Assembly (NCBI GenBank): GCA_041694815.1
Contig: JBGFSC010000049.1
Span: 49,281 to 113,280, forward strand
Source: Elusimicrobiota bacterium
GTDB lineage: Bacteria > Elusimicrobiota > Elusimicrobia > UBA1565 > JACRDR01
DNA length: 64,000 nt
Direction of reading: 5' to 3'
The notes beneath the pieces were generated by a model. That model saw nothing but the letters and a program-made list of their open reading frames with translations. It was not told where the DNA came from and searched no databases. This document shows positions 1 to 9,340 of the stretch, one piece after another (position 1 is the stretch's first letter; each line of letters opens with the position of its first letter). The position numbers were made by a program, and so were the translations under genes.

Positions 1-448
1 GCATCGGGTGCTGCCGAAAGAGGAAATCCTCAGGATCATGCGCTCAGGCCGCTTCGACCCGAGTATCGAGCTCTTATTGGAAGAAAATCCGCCGATCCCC
101 CCCTCTCCCGCGGGCGTCATCGAGCAAGAAAGGGTCGGCGTCAGGGATACGGCGCACATCGTTCGATATCTCCCCAACGAACTCGAAGTGGAATGCCGCT
201 CTTTAAGGCCCGCCTTCCTGTTGCTGCTGGATTCTTATTACCCCGGCTGGAAGGCCTCGGTCAACGGCAGGCCGGCGGATATCTTGAGGGCCGATTATAA
301 TTTCCGCGGGGTGCCAATCCCCGCTGGGCCCTCGAGCGTCCGTTTCGTCTATCGGCCGATCAGCTTTTATGCGGGACTGTCATTGGCTGCGCTAGCGGCG
401 CTCTTGCTGCTCTACTGCGTCCGGACGCAGTGGAACACGCGATCCTGA
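1..448 (+). CDS. C-terminal part of a YfhO-like membrane protein (truncated by window start)
   Basis: LLDSYYPGWKASVNGRPADILRADYNFRGVPIPAG motif followed by a terminal TM helix, typical of YfhO C-termini. Confidence 0.8.
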   Translation, partial: HRVLPKEEILRIMRSGRFDPSIELLLEENPPIPPSPAGVIEQERVGVRDTAHIVRYLPNELEVECRSLRPAFLLLLDSYYPGWKASVNGRPADILRADYNFRGVPIPAGPSSVRFVYRPISFYAGLSLAALAALLLLYCVRTQWNTRS

Positions 449-1000
449 TCAGCGCTTATATAAGCCGATGACCTCGGCCTGGCCGAGTATACGCCCCTTC
501 ATCGCCTGGACCAACGCGGTCTTGGTGGCGTTGGCGGGAAGCCCAAGCTTCTTGTCCAAGGCGTAGAGCTTGAAGAAATAGCGATGAGGTTTTCCGGGCG
601 GCGGCATCGGGCCGTAATAGCCGATCCGCTCGTAGCTCGATACGCCCCAGCAGGCGCCCTGCTTGGAGCCGTCCGGCAGCTCCTCCTTCTTTTCCACTCC
701 CTCCGGCAGGCCCGTGGCATCGGCCGGGATATCGTAGATGAGCCAGTGCACCCAGGTGCCCGGAGGGGCGTCGGGGTCATCCATGATCAGGGCGAAGCTT
801 TTGGTCCCGGCGGGGACGCTCGACCAGCGCAGCTGCGGGGAGACGTCCTCGCCTTCACCGGTGTGCTTCTTCGGAATCAAGGCGTTAGGCTTAAAGGCGG
901 TGCTTGAGATCTCAAAGGGCATTTTTTTCCTCCGTGCGGCGTCGGCCGAAGCGAGGGGAAGCATAAAAGCGATAAGCAGTAGGCCTAGGCGTCGTTGCAT
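449..1000 (-). CDS. YbhB/YbcL family (PEBP/Raf kinase inhibitor-like) exported protein
   Basis: DPDAP..WVHW and Y.GP.PP.G..HRY motifs; N-terminal signal peptide; TATAAT 7 nt before ATG 1000. Confidence 0.92.
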   Translation of the reverse strand: MQRRLGLLLIAFMLPLASADAARRKKMPFEISSTAFKPNALIPKKHTGEGEDVSPQLRWSSVPAGTKSFALIMDDPDAPPGTWVHWLIYDIPADATGLPEGVEKKEELPDGSKQGACWGVSSYERIGYYGPMPPPGKPHRYFFKLYALDKKLGLPANATKTALVQAMKGRILGQAEVIGLYKR

Positions 1001-1099
1001 GGGCGCCATTATACAACAGAAGGACGCCGCTAGGGCCTATGGGGAAAATAGGCCCAAAGCCCCTTTTTACTTTCAAGCCGAACGCCCATCATATTACCG

Positions 1100-2272
1100 A
1101 TGGATCCCTTCCCCTTCGCCTTTTTTTGCTCCGCCAAATCGGCGGCGCAAAAAATACGGTCAGCACGGATCTCGTGGGTCTTAATACTGCTTGCATTCGC
1201 TCCGTTAACGACGAACGCCCAATACGGCCTGCTGCCGGATTCCCCAGAATCATTGCAAGTCGAAGCGACTAAGACGCTCGACGTTTGCGTCGATAAATAC
1301 CTCCACTTCGCGATTTCCGGGAAAGTGCTTTTCACTCAATGCCATGAAAAGTTCGCCGCCTGGGATTGGATGACGGGCAAACGGTTATGGAGCTATTCCG
1401 CGCCCGACAACCTTATGCGGCTCGCGGTCAGCCCTAACGGCGAGAAGGTCGCCGCGGGCGTTGGAAACGGCGACGAGAAAGGAACGCTCATCCTATTGGA
1501 CGCCCGGACAGGGACTCCGACCGAGACCTTGAAGAAGCCCGGACATTATTTCAACGGGATCGAATTTAGCCCGGATTCCTCCCGCATCGTAAGCGTCGGC
1601 GGCGGAGAGGCCTATCTATGGCTTCTCGACAGCAAGACAATCGTACCGCTCGGAGAGCGCGGTGTCGTCAATGCGGGATTTAGCATCGATGGCGCATTCG
1701 CTTTTACGGTCCAAGACGAGAACTCTTTCTCGGTCTGGGATGGGCGCAGTGGTGAGCGCGCGCAACTATCTCAATGGACCGGAAGGGCCGGCTCGGATCA
1801 TGAAAGCCTGGGCTGGGCCATCAGCGCGGACGGCTCGAGATTCGCGCAGCTCGCCGAGGACGCCCCGCACGCCACGGTCATCCGAGACATGCGCAGCCGC
1901 AAGGAGCTGGCCCGAATCTCTTTCGAATGCCCGCATTACCCGAGAATGATGTTCAGCCGGGACGCCACGAAACTGCTTTTAGGATGCTATGACAAAGGCG
2001 CCGTAATTTTCGACACACGTACCGTGAAACCGTTGCTGACGATCCGTGACAACGTTGATTACGCTTCGTTTACCCCGGACGATTCCAGCCTTATTCTTTC
2101 CAGCGAACACGATGGGAAGCTACGGATACTCAAAATCGATTCCTCGGGAGACCTCTCGCGGCTCAGAGAGGCGTTAAAGAACAAGGCTTCAACAGCCGAC
2201 CTCCCATTTGCCGACGGCGAAACCGCCGAAGAGCGCTTCAAGCTGCCCTGGTCGCTCTTTCAGACGCGATAG
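1100..2272 (+). CDS. Exported WD40/beta-propeller protein
   Basis: Repeated FSPD/WD..TG blades, hydrophobic signal-like segment, C-terminal AEERFKL. Confidence 0.8.
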   Translation: MDPFPFAFFCSAKSAAQKIRSARISWVLILLAFAPLTTNAQYGLLPDSPESLQVEATKTLDVCVDKYLHFAISGKVLFTQCHEKFAAWDWMTGKRLWSYSAPDNLMRLAVSPNGEKVAAGVGNGDEKGTLILLDARTGTPTETLKKPGHYFNGIEFSPDSSRIVSVGGGEAYLWLLDSKTIVPLGERGVVNAGFSIDGAFAFTVQDENSFSVWDGRSGERAQLSQWTGRAGSDHESLGWAISADGSRFAQLAEDAPHATVIRDMRSRKELARISFECPHYPRMMFSRDATKLLLGCYDKGAVIFDTRTVKPLLTIRDNVDYASFTPDDSSLILSSEHDGKLRILKIDSSGDLSRLREALKNKASTADLPFADGETAEERFKLPWSLFQTR

Positions 2273-2274
2273 AT

Positions 2275-3087
2275 TCAGCGCGACAGCAATCCGGCGTCGA
2301 TGATAAACGGCGAGCCCGTGATGTAGCGCGCCTTCTCCGAGGCCAGATACACGACGGCCTGGGCCACGTCCTCCGGCTCGATCCAAGGCACGGGCAATAG
2401 ATTTCCCGCCGAACGCTCGGCGATCTCGCGGGGGCTTAAGCCCTCCATTTCCGCCAGGCCGTCGTTCATCGGCGTGTTGACCCCGGTCGGGTGCAGCGAG
2501 ACGACGCGGATGCCGTAGGGTGCCAGCTCGATCGCCCAGGACTTGGTCAGCCCCGTCAGGCCCCATTTGGAGGCGGCGTAATGGCTGAGCCTTCCCATGC
2601 CGCGCAGTCCGCCGACGGAGGAGTTATTGATGATCACGCCGGATTTCTGCGCGATCATGAGGGGAATCACCCGGCGCGCCACGAGCCAGGCGCCTTTAAG
2701 GTTGATGTCCAGCATCATGTCCCACTGCTCTTCCGTGAGCTCATGGGCGAGCCCGTAGGCGCAGATCCCGGCGTTGTTGAACAAGAGATCGATGCGGCCG
2801 AATCTCTTGCGCGCCGAATCGACCGCGCGTCCGACGGCTTTGTCATCGCGCACGTCGGCCTCGAAAGTCAGGCATCGCGCGCCCAAGGAGGCGCAGGCCT
2901 TGGCGAGTGATTTCAGATCCTCTGGCGATCCTAGCTTGTACGCCGGATACTTGAGCGCTCGCGCCACGTCCAGGGCCACGATGTCCATGCCCTCCGCGGC
3001 CAGGGCGAGGGCGGCCGCTCGGCCCTGCCCGTGAGCCGCGCCCGTGACAAGGCCGACCTTACCGCCCAGCTCTTTCTTTCTTGCCAT
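2275..3087 (-). CDS. SDR family oxidoreductase
   Basis: TGAAHGQG, NNAG and YAASK motifs. Confidence 0.9.
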   Translation of the reverse strand: MARKKELGGKVGLVTGAAHGQGRAAALALAAEGMDIVALDVARALKYPAYKLGSPEDLKSLAKACASLGARCLTFEADVRDDKAVGRAVDSARKRFGRIDLLFNNAGICAYGLAHELTEEQWDMMLDINLKGAWLVARRVIPLMIAQKSGVIINNSSVGGLRGMGRLSHYAASKWGLTGLTKSWAIELAPYGIRVVSLHPTGVNTPMNDGLAEMEGLSPREIAERSAGNLLPVPWIEPEDVAQAVVYLASEKARYITGSPFIIDAGLLSR

Positions 3088-3613
3088 CGGGAGCGCAGTA
3101 GGGCTGCAGGTATTCGTCGAGGTCCACGCGAAGCGCGTTGTTGAAGACGTTGGTCGCGATCATCATGCCGCCGAAGGCGGTCAGAGCCACGATCTCGGCA
3201 GGCTTCAGGAACCGGGCCAGCCGGGCGTAAAGCTCATCGTTTACCCCATTGGAATCCTTGGCCAATTGCCGGCCGTAATCGACCACGGCCTCTTCTTTCT
3301 CGTCGAGCTTGAGCGAACCCGGATCCTCCCCGGAGTCGATGAGGATGCGGCGGAAGAACGTGGAGCAGATGAGGCAGTCGGTCTGCGAGGAGATGGCGTG
3401 CACGAACAGGGTGGCTGCCCGCTCGCCGAGAAATCCCGCGACCTCGGCCTGCAAGGGATACCATTGCATCAGGGCCGCGAGCGCCGTCGGGCTATGCCCG
3501 AGCGTACGTTTCATATTGGTGACCCGGCCGTGCGCCGCCTTCTGCCGGTCGTATTCGGCGCGCGAGGCCGCGCCCGCGCTCTCGTATTCGAGGGGAGGGA
3601 TGCGCGCCGTCAC
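3059..3613 (-). CDS. Carboxymuconolactone decarboxylase/AhpD-like protein
   Basis: CLIC CxxC motif, helical fold pattern, NVFNNAL terminus; coupled to neighbours. Confidence 0.7.
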   Translation of the reverse strand: MTARIPPLEYESAGAASRAEYDRQKAAHGRVTNMKRTLGHSPTALAALMQWYPLQAEVAGFLGERAATLFVHAISSQTDCLICSTFFRRILIDSGEDPGSLKLDEKEEAVVDYGRQLAKDSNGVNDELYARLARFLKPAEIVALTAFGGMMIATNVFNNALRVDLDEYLQPYCAPDGKKERAGR

Positions 3614-4665
3614 TGCAGCATGCGCCGGCGGACCAGCTCGAGCACCTTCTGGTAGCCGCCCAGGAATTGATCCAAGGTGTGCACGGAGGCGCCGTAGCGC
3701 ACGAACTCCTCTGGCTTCATCCCGTTTTCGTCGTAAGCCTTTCTAAAATCGGCGAAGCCGTTCTCGAGCGCGGCGAGCACGCGGGGTTCGACGGGTTGCT
3801 CGAGCGTCCGGGAGACCGGAATCGAGGAGTCGTTGAACTGCTTCCACCAGGCGTAGGGGATCGACTGGACTATCCCCTCGCCGATGAGCTCCGACCAATG
3901 CAGGTGATGCCGATAGGCGGCGACCAGGAGCTTGGCGCGGAACTTGCGGCGCTTAAACACTTGCCGGGCCTTCTTGAACACCGCGATGCCGGCCCAATTG
4001 AGGAAGCCCGGGTCTATGGAGACCTTCTCCCGCTCCATGATGCGCTTTAGATGATCGTCCAACCGTCCGACCATGAGCGTTACATAAGGCTGCGGCGGGA
4101 CCTTGGCCCTCTTGAGGCCGCGCTCCATGGCCTCGGCGCAGGCGACGGCCTGCGGGAGCGTGAAGCTCACCGTCGCGTTGACCGGCACGCCTTCTGCGGT
4201 GAGCGCCTCGATGGCCTCCAATCCCTCCGCCGTCGCGGGGGCCTTGATGGCGATATTGGGCGCTAGCCCCGCCAGATGGCGGCCATGCTCGAGCATGCGC
4301 TCGGGACTGCGGTAATATTTCGGGCTCACCTGCACCGAGAGATAGCCCTTCTCCCCCCCGGTCTTCTGGTGGACGGGCGCCAAGAGCGCCGCCGCGTCCA
4401 CGGCTACTCGTTCGATAAGCTTCCAGGCGATCTCATCCTCGCTGTCCTTGGGGTTCTTGCGGATGATTTCCGAGAGCGTCGGCATCCAGGTCTCGGGGTC
4501 GTTTTCCAGCGCCGAGCCCACGATCACCGGGTTGGAGGTGGCGCCGACGGCCCCCTGCTCTACCGCGTCGCGCAGCTCTTTTAGGTGGCAGGAATCGTTC
4601 CAAAAATCGACCCCCAATGCCTGGGTCCCTCCCAACGGCGTCGCCTTCTTCGTCTTTGTCAGCAT
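3610..4665 (-). CDS. Transaldolase family protein
   Basis: FWNDS, GATSNP, IAIKAPAT (Schiff-base Lys), VNATVSF and VGRLDD motifs. Confidence 0.85.
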   Translation of the reverse strand: MLTKTKKATPLGGTQALGVDFWNDSCHLKELRDAVEQGAVGATSNPVIVGSALENDPETWMPTLSEIIRKNPKDSEDEIAWKLIERVAVDAAALLAPVHQKTGGEKGYLSVQVSPKYYRSPERMLEHGRHLAGLAPNIAIKAPATAEGLEAIEALTAEGVPVNATVSFTLPQAVACAEAMERGLKRAKVPPQPYVTLMVGRLDDHLKRIMEREKVSIDPGFLNWAGIAVFKKARQVFKRRKFRAKLLVAAYRHHLHWSELIGEGIVQSIPYAWWKQFNDSSIPVSRTLEQPVEPRVLAALENGFADFRKAYDENGMKPEEFVRYGASVHTLDQFLGGYQKVLELVRRRMLQ

Positions 4666-5537
4666 CCGATGGCCTTCCTGAGATATTCTCGGCCCTTGCG
4701 GGCGTACTCCAAGGGGTTGGCTTTCGCTGGGTCCTGCTCGGCCTCCACCACCAGCCAACCCTCATAATCCTTCTTTTTGAGCAGTTCGAAAATGGGGCGG
4801 TAATCGATGCACCCGTCGCCGGGCACCGTGAATACGCCCTCGCGCACCGCCTGCTCGAAGCTATAGCCCCGCGCGCGGGCCCTCTCGGCCACCTCCGGGC
4901 GCACGTCCTTTAAATGGACATGGACGACCCGGTCCAAATGCCGCCCGATGACCGAGACCGGATCCATGCCGGCGAAGGCCATATGCCCGGTGTCGGCGAG
5001 CAGGCGCAGCTTCCTCGTCATGGACATCAGACGGTCGAGCTCGGCCTCGTTCTGAATCACCGTGCCCATATGGTGGTGGTAGGCCGTCTGAAGGCCGAGG
5101 CCCTCTCCCAATTTCGCCAGGCGCTCGAGCCCCGAGGCGAGGCGCTCCCATTGCTCTTGCGTCAAGGGTTGCGCGTCGAAGCGCAGCGGGACCCCGCTGC
5201 GCTCGTAGACGCGCCCGCTACACTCGGCCACGATGGCCACGCGGCTTCCCATCTCCGTGAGCAAGCGCGCGTGCTCGAGGAATCTTTTTCCCTCTTCTTC
5301 TACGCTTTTCGAAAGCAGGTAGCAGCTATGCCAGCCAGAAGCAAGCGCAAGCCGGTGTTGCGATAAAAGGGCCTTGAGCGCGGAGGGCTGCCTCGGGAAT
5401 TTATGGCCCAATTCGGTGCCCGCGTAGCCGGCCTCGCGCATCTCGCTCAAGCATTGCTCGAGCGGGATCGAGCCGCCGAGATCCCGGAAGTCGTCGTTGC
5501 TCCAACCGATCGGCTGGGCCGCTATCCGAACCTTCAT
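4659..5537 (-). CDS. iolE: Myo-inosose-2 dehydratase
   Basis: PIGWSNDD, GTELG, YHHHMGT, DTGH, FTVPGDG and VVEAEQDP motifs. Confidence 0.93.
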   Translation of the reverse strand: MKVRIAAQPIGWSNDDFRDLGGSIPLEQCLSEMREAGYAGTELGHKFPRQPSALKALLSQHRLALASGWHSCYLLSKSVEEEGKRFLEHARLLTEMGSRVAIVAECSGRVYERSGVPLRFDAQPLTQEQWERLASGLERLAKLGEGLGLQTAYHHHMGTVIQNEAELDRLMSMTRKLRLLADTGHMAFAGMDPVSVIGRHLDRVVHVHLKDVRPEVAERARARGYSFEQAVREGVFTVPGDGCIDYRPIFELLKKKDYEGWLVVEAEQDPAKANPLEYARKGREYLRKAIGC

Positions 5538-5538
5538 C

Positions 5539-7404
5539 TCAGTAATAAAACCTCTGGCGTTTCGCCTTAGCGACGTAATCCGCGCGCGAGCGCCGCACCG
5601 AGGCGGGCCTGGAGACCTCGGCCACCGGGACATCCCACCAGGAAAAGCCCGGCACGAAGCGGTCGGGGTCGACGGGGACGTGGATGAGGGCCGTGCGCGG
5701 CTGCTCGCGCGCCTCGCGCAGGGCGTGGGCCAGCGAGTCGCGGTCCTTGGCCGACCAAGTCGCGGCCCCTAGGCTCGCCGCGTTGGAGACGAAGTCGAGC
5801 GCGAGGGTCGGCCCGGTCAATCGGCCGGTCGCGGCCTCGCGGTGGCGGAACTCGTTGCCGAAGCCGGGCCCCGCCGTGTGCCGCTGCAGGTTGTGTATGC
5901 ACTGGTAGCCGTGATTGTCGAGCAGCACGATCGTGATCTTGAGGCCCTCCTGCACCGCGGTCGCGATCTCGTGGTTGAGCATCAGGTAGCTGCCGTCCCC
6001 AACGGCGGCGTAGACCTCGCGGTCGGGCCGGGCCATCTTGATCCCCAGGGCCCCGGCGATCTCGTAACCCATGCAGGAATAGCCGTATTCCGAATGGTAG
6101 TCCCCGGGCGCCTTCGAGCGCCACAGCTTATGCAGGTCTCCCGGCAATCCGCCGGCGGCGTGCACGAGGATCGAGTTCTCATCGAGCGCCTCGTTGAGTA
6201 CCGAGATCACCTCGGCCTGCGACATCCGCGCGCCTGCGGGAGGCTTTACGATCGCGGCATAGCGGCGCTCCCAGTCCTCCTTGGCCGCGCGGATCTCCGC
6301 CGCGTAGGCTCGCGGGATTTTATGCCCTTGCAGTGCCCGACCCAAGGATTCGAGCGTGGCCTTGGCGTCCGCGGCGATGGGCAGCGCCCCGTGCTTACGG
6401 GCGTCGAAGGCGTTAAGATTAATATTGATGAAGCGGACGCCTGGTTCCTGGAACTGCGTCTTGGAGGCCGTGGTAAAATCGGAGTACCGGTGGCCCACCG
6501 ACAGGACGAGATCGGCCTTAAGGGCGAGGCGGTTGGCGGCCGAATTGCCCGTCGCGCCGACGGCGCCGATGCAGAGCGGATGCGAATCCGGCAGAGCACC
6601 CTTGCCCGCCTGGGTGCATGCCACCGGGATGCCCAGGCGCTCGGCGAAGGCGCGCAGGGCCTCGGTCGCCTCCGAATAGTGAACACCACCGCCCGCGATG
6701 ATGAGGGGCCGCCGCGCCGAGCGCAGCCAGCGCGCCGCCTCCCGAAGGGCCTCGCGCGAGGGCTGCGGACGAGGCACCGCGTAGACCCTTTTTTCGAAGA
6801 AGGCCGCCGGATAGTCGAAGGCCTCGGCCTGCACGTCCTCGGGAAGGCAGAGCGTCACCGCCCCGGTCTCGGCGGGGTCGGCCAGCACGCGCATGGCCTC
6901 GGGCAGCGCCGCTAGGATCTGCTCGGGACGGTTGATTCGGTCCCAATATCGCGAGACGGGCTTAAAGCAATCATTGACGCTTACATCCATGCTCTGCGGG
7001 AACTCGAGCTGCTGGAGCACCGGATTGGGCCGGCGATTGGCGAAGATATCTCCGGGCAGTAGGAGGACCGGGATGCGGTTGATGGTCGCACCCGCCGCGC
7101 CGGTGACCATGTTGGTCGCGCCGGGGCCGACCGAGCTGGTGCAGGCCATGGCGCCGAGGCGGTGCAGGGTTTTCGAGTACGCCGCCGCGGCATGCACCAT
7201 CGCCTGCTCGTTTTTCGGCTGGAAATAGGGAAGCTCCCGGCCGCCGCGCTCCTCCAAGGCCTGGCCGAGGCCCGCCACGTTGCCGTGGCCGAAAATCCCG
7301 AATACCCCGCGGATGAGCCGATGCTCCGCGCCGTCGCGCGAGACGTATTGCCGCTTGAGGAACTCCACCATGGCCTGGCCCATCGTCAGGCGGATCGTCC
7401 TCAT
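5539..7404 (-). CDS. iolD: 3D-(3,5/4)-trihydroxycyclohexane-1,2-dione acylhydrolase (TPP-dependent)
   Basis: GIFGHGNVAG, EYGYSCMGYE and GDGSYLM motifs; ATGA overlap with iolB stop. Confidence 0.95.
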   Translation of the reverse strand: MRTIRLTMGQAMVEFLKRQYVSRDGAEHRLIRGVFGIFGHGNVAGLGQALEERGGRELPYFQPKNEQAMVHAAAAYSKTLHRLGAMACTSSVGPGATNMVTGAAGATINRIPVLLLPGDIFANRRPNPVLQQLEFPQSMDVSVNDCFKPVSRYWDRINRPEQILAALPEAMRVLADPAETGAVTLCLPEDVQAEAFDYPAAFFEKRVYAVPRPQPSREALREAARWLRSARRPLIIAGGGVHYSEATEALRAFAERLGIPVACTQAGKGALPDSHPLCIGAVGATGNSAANRLALKADLVLSVGHRYSDFTTASKTQFQEPGVRFININLNAFDARKHGALPIAADAKATLESLGRALQGHKIPRAYAAEIRAAKEDWERRYAAIVKPPAGARMSQAEVISVLNEALDENSILVHAAGGLPGDLHKLWRSKAPGDYHSEYGYSCMGYEIAGALGIKMARPDREVYAAVGDGSYLMLNHEIATAVQEGLKITIVLLDNHGYQCIHNLQRHTAGPGFGNEFRHREAATGRLTGPTLALDFVSNAASLGAATWSAKDRDSLAHALREAREQPRTALIHVPVDPDRFVPGFSWWDVPVAEVSRPASVRRSRADYVAKAKRQRFYY

Positions 7405-8207
7405 AACGGCGGCCGCCACCCCTGCTTCTTGGGATCGAGCGTCCATTCATGCTCGGGAAGGAACTTAAAGCCCCGGTACGGGTTGTCCTTAAGATGGCGC
7501 ACCACCCAGAGATACCACATCCCGTAGCCCGGGGCGGCGACCTGCGCATGGCCGACGCAGTTCAATATCTTGAGCGTGTCGCGCTGGCGCACCTTGTAGA
7601 CTTCCTCGCCGAGCTCGCCGTGCCCATAGCCCTGCGGCTCGGTGAAGCGGTAATGGTAGATCTCGGCCTGCGGGTGCGTGTGGGGCGGGTAGCTCGACCA
7701 GCGCCCCGGATAGTTGACCACCTCGCCCAGGACGAGATTGGCCTGGGGCCGGTTGTTCCAATCGAAGATGAGTCGGACATTGCGCAGCGCGGCCTCCTGG
7801 ACCAAGCCCTTACCGCGGTACTCGGACTCAAGCCCTTCGGGCAGGAACAGCTTGGGCTCGAAGCGTCGGCTGTTTTCCGCGCGCATCAGCGCCCATTCCA
7901 CATCGCCCAACGCCTTAATACACACGGGCGTCGACGGCCCCACGTGTAGAGCGGTCGGCTGCTCCTCGAACAGCGAGCGGCGCGACAGGCGGCTCCGGAT
8001 GCCTCCCGCCTCGACCTCCACCTCGCCGCCTAAGAGCAGCCAAGCCGATTCCTTGGGGTGCGTCTCGGAAATCGTATCGCCGGCCTTTAGCTTCCAAAAG
8101 CCGAGGTCCATGCCCGTGTCGCATTCCCGTTCGCCCTCCTCGGTCACCGCCGTGAATCCCGGAGGGAAGCCATCACGGAACCGGGTGATATGCGCCGGGC
8201 TATTCAC
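7401..8207 (-). CDS. iolB: 5-deoxy-glucuronate isomerase
   Basis: GRWSSYPPHTH..EIYHYRF..QGYG and APGY.MWYLW motifs. Confidence 0.92.
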   Translation of the reverse strand: MNSPAHITRFRDGFPPGFTAVTEEGERECDTGMDLGFWKLKAGDTISETHPKESAWLLLGGEVEVEAGGIRSRLSRRSLFEEQPTALHVGPSTPVCIKALGDVEWALMRAENSRRFEPKLFLPEGLESEYRGKGLVQEAALRNVRLIFDWNNRPQANLVLGEVVNYPGRWSSYPPHTHPQAEIYHYRFTEPQGYGHGELGEEVYKVRQRDTLKILNCVGHAQVAAPGYGMWYLWVVRHLKDNPYRGFKFLPEHEWTLDPKKQGWRPPL

Positions 8208-9211
8208 GCCAGCTCCGACAGGCGCACGGGGCGCTTCTCCTGGAACGATTTCTTGGCCGCCAGCCCTAGCAGCACGGCCTGGAGCCCATCCTCGCCGCCA
8301 ACGGGCGGCGCGGCCTTGTCCCGAAGGGAGTCGACAAAGGCCTGCATCTCGTCACGATAGGCCTGGGCATAGCGTTCGATGAAGAAATGATGCGGCGGGT
8401 CCTTGCGCGAGCCCTCGGGCCCCCAATGCTCGACGCCGTTGGGCCCGACGTTGGAGGACTTAGCGCAGCCTCCCGAGCCGAACACCTCCACGCGCTGGTC
8501 ATAGCCGTAAGCCGCTCTTCGCGAATTATCGATGGCGCCGATGGCCCCTCCCTTGTAGCGGAGGGTGATGAGCGCCGTGTCCACGTCTCCCAAGCGCCCG
8601 ATCTCGGGATCGACGAGCACGGCTCCCGCGGCATAGACCTCCTCGATTTCGTCTTGGATCACGAAGCGGGCCATGTCGAAGTCATGGATGGCCATATCCA
8701 GAAACAGCCCTCCGGACACCCGGATATATTCCGAGGGCGGTGGCTGCGGGTCACGGCTGGTGATGCGCACCAGCTGCGGCGAGCCGACCTCGCCACGGCG
8801 CACCAGCTCGGCCACGCGCTTGAATTGCGCGTCGAATCGCCGGTTGAAGCCCACCTGCAGGCGGACTCCATGCCTGTCGACCGCGGCGAGGGCCCGGCGG
8901 ATGGCGGAAATCTCGAGGTCGATGGGCTTTTCGCAGAAGACGTGCTTTCCCGCCGCGGCGGCCTCCTCGATGAGCCGGGCGTGGGTGTCCGTGGAGGAAC
9001 AGATGACGATCGCCTCGATCTTGCCGTCCCCTAGCATCGGGCGATGATCGGCCAACGCTTGCGCCCCCCCGGCCTCCGAGGCAAGCGCGCGGGCGGCCTC
9101 CAGGTTGATGTCCGAGACGGCCTGAAGGCGGGCGCCCCCGACGCTCCGGAAAAGGTTCAAGGCATGGACCCGGCCGATGCGCCCGGCGCCGATGACGCCG
9201 ATGCCGATCAT
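8204..9211 (-). CDS. iolG: Myo-inositol 2-dehydrogenase
   Basis: GAGRIG, CEKP, GFNRRFD, DMAIHDFD and YGYDQRVEVFG motifs; first gene of the iol operon. Confidence 0.92.
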   Translation of the reverse strand: MIGIGVIGAGRIGRVHALNLFRSVGGARLQAVSDINLEAARALASEAGGAQALADHRPMLGDGKIEAIVICSSTDTHARLIEEAAAAGKHVFCEKPIDLEISAIRRALAAVDRHGVRLQVGFNRRFDAQFKRVAELVRRGEVGSPQLVRITSRDPQPPPSEYIRVSGGLFLDMAIHDFDMARFVIQDEIEEVYAAGAVLVDPEIGRLGDVDTALITLRYKGGAIGAIDNSRRAAYGYDQRVEVFGSGGCAKSSNVGPNGVEHWGPEGSRKDPPHHFFIERYAQAYRDEMQAFVDSLRDKAAPPVGGEDGLQAVLLGLAAKKSFQEKRPVRLSELA

Positions 9212-9340
9212 GCGCGCATTGTAACATTCTCCACCCGCGAGCATCCTAGGCCGAAGGGCTCGTATCGACCTGGGTCCTGCGCCTCATCCATGCTCGAAAC
9301 CCTCTCTGCTACAATCGCTTCACTCGCCGATACCAATCCG

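Noticed and set aside
2275..3087. Mycofactocin system
   Set aside because: The SDR resembles the mycofactocin-coupled subfamily, but no mftA precursor or radical SAM gene is in the window.
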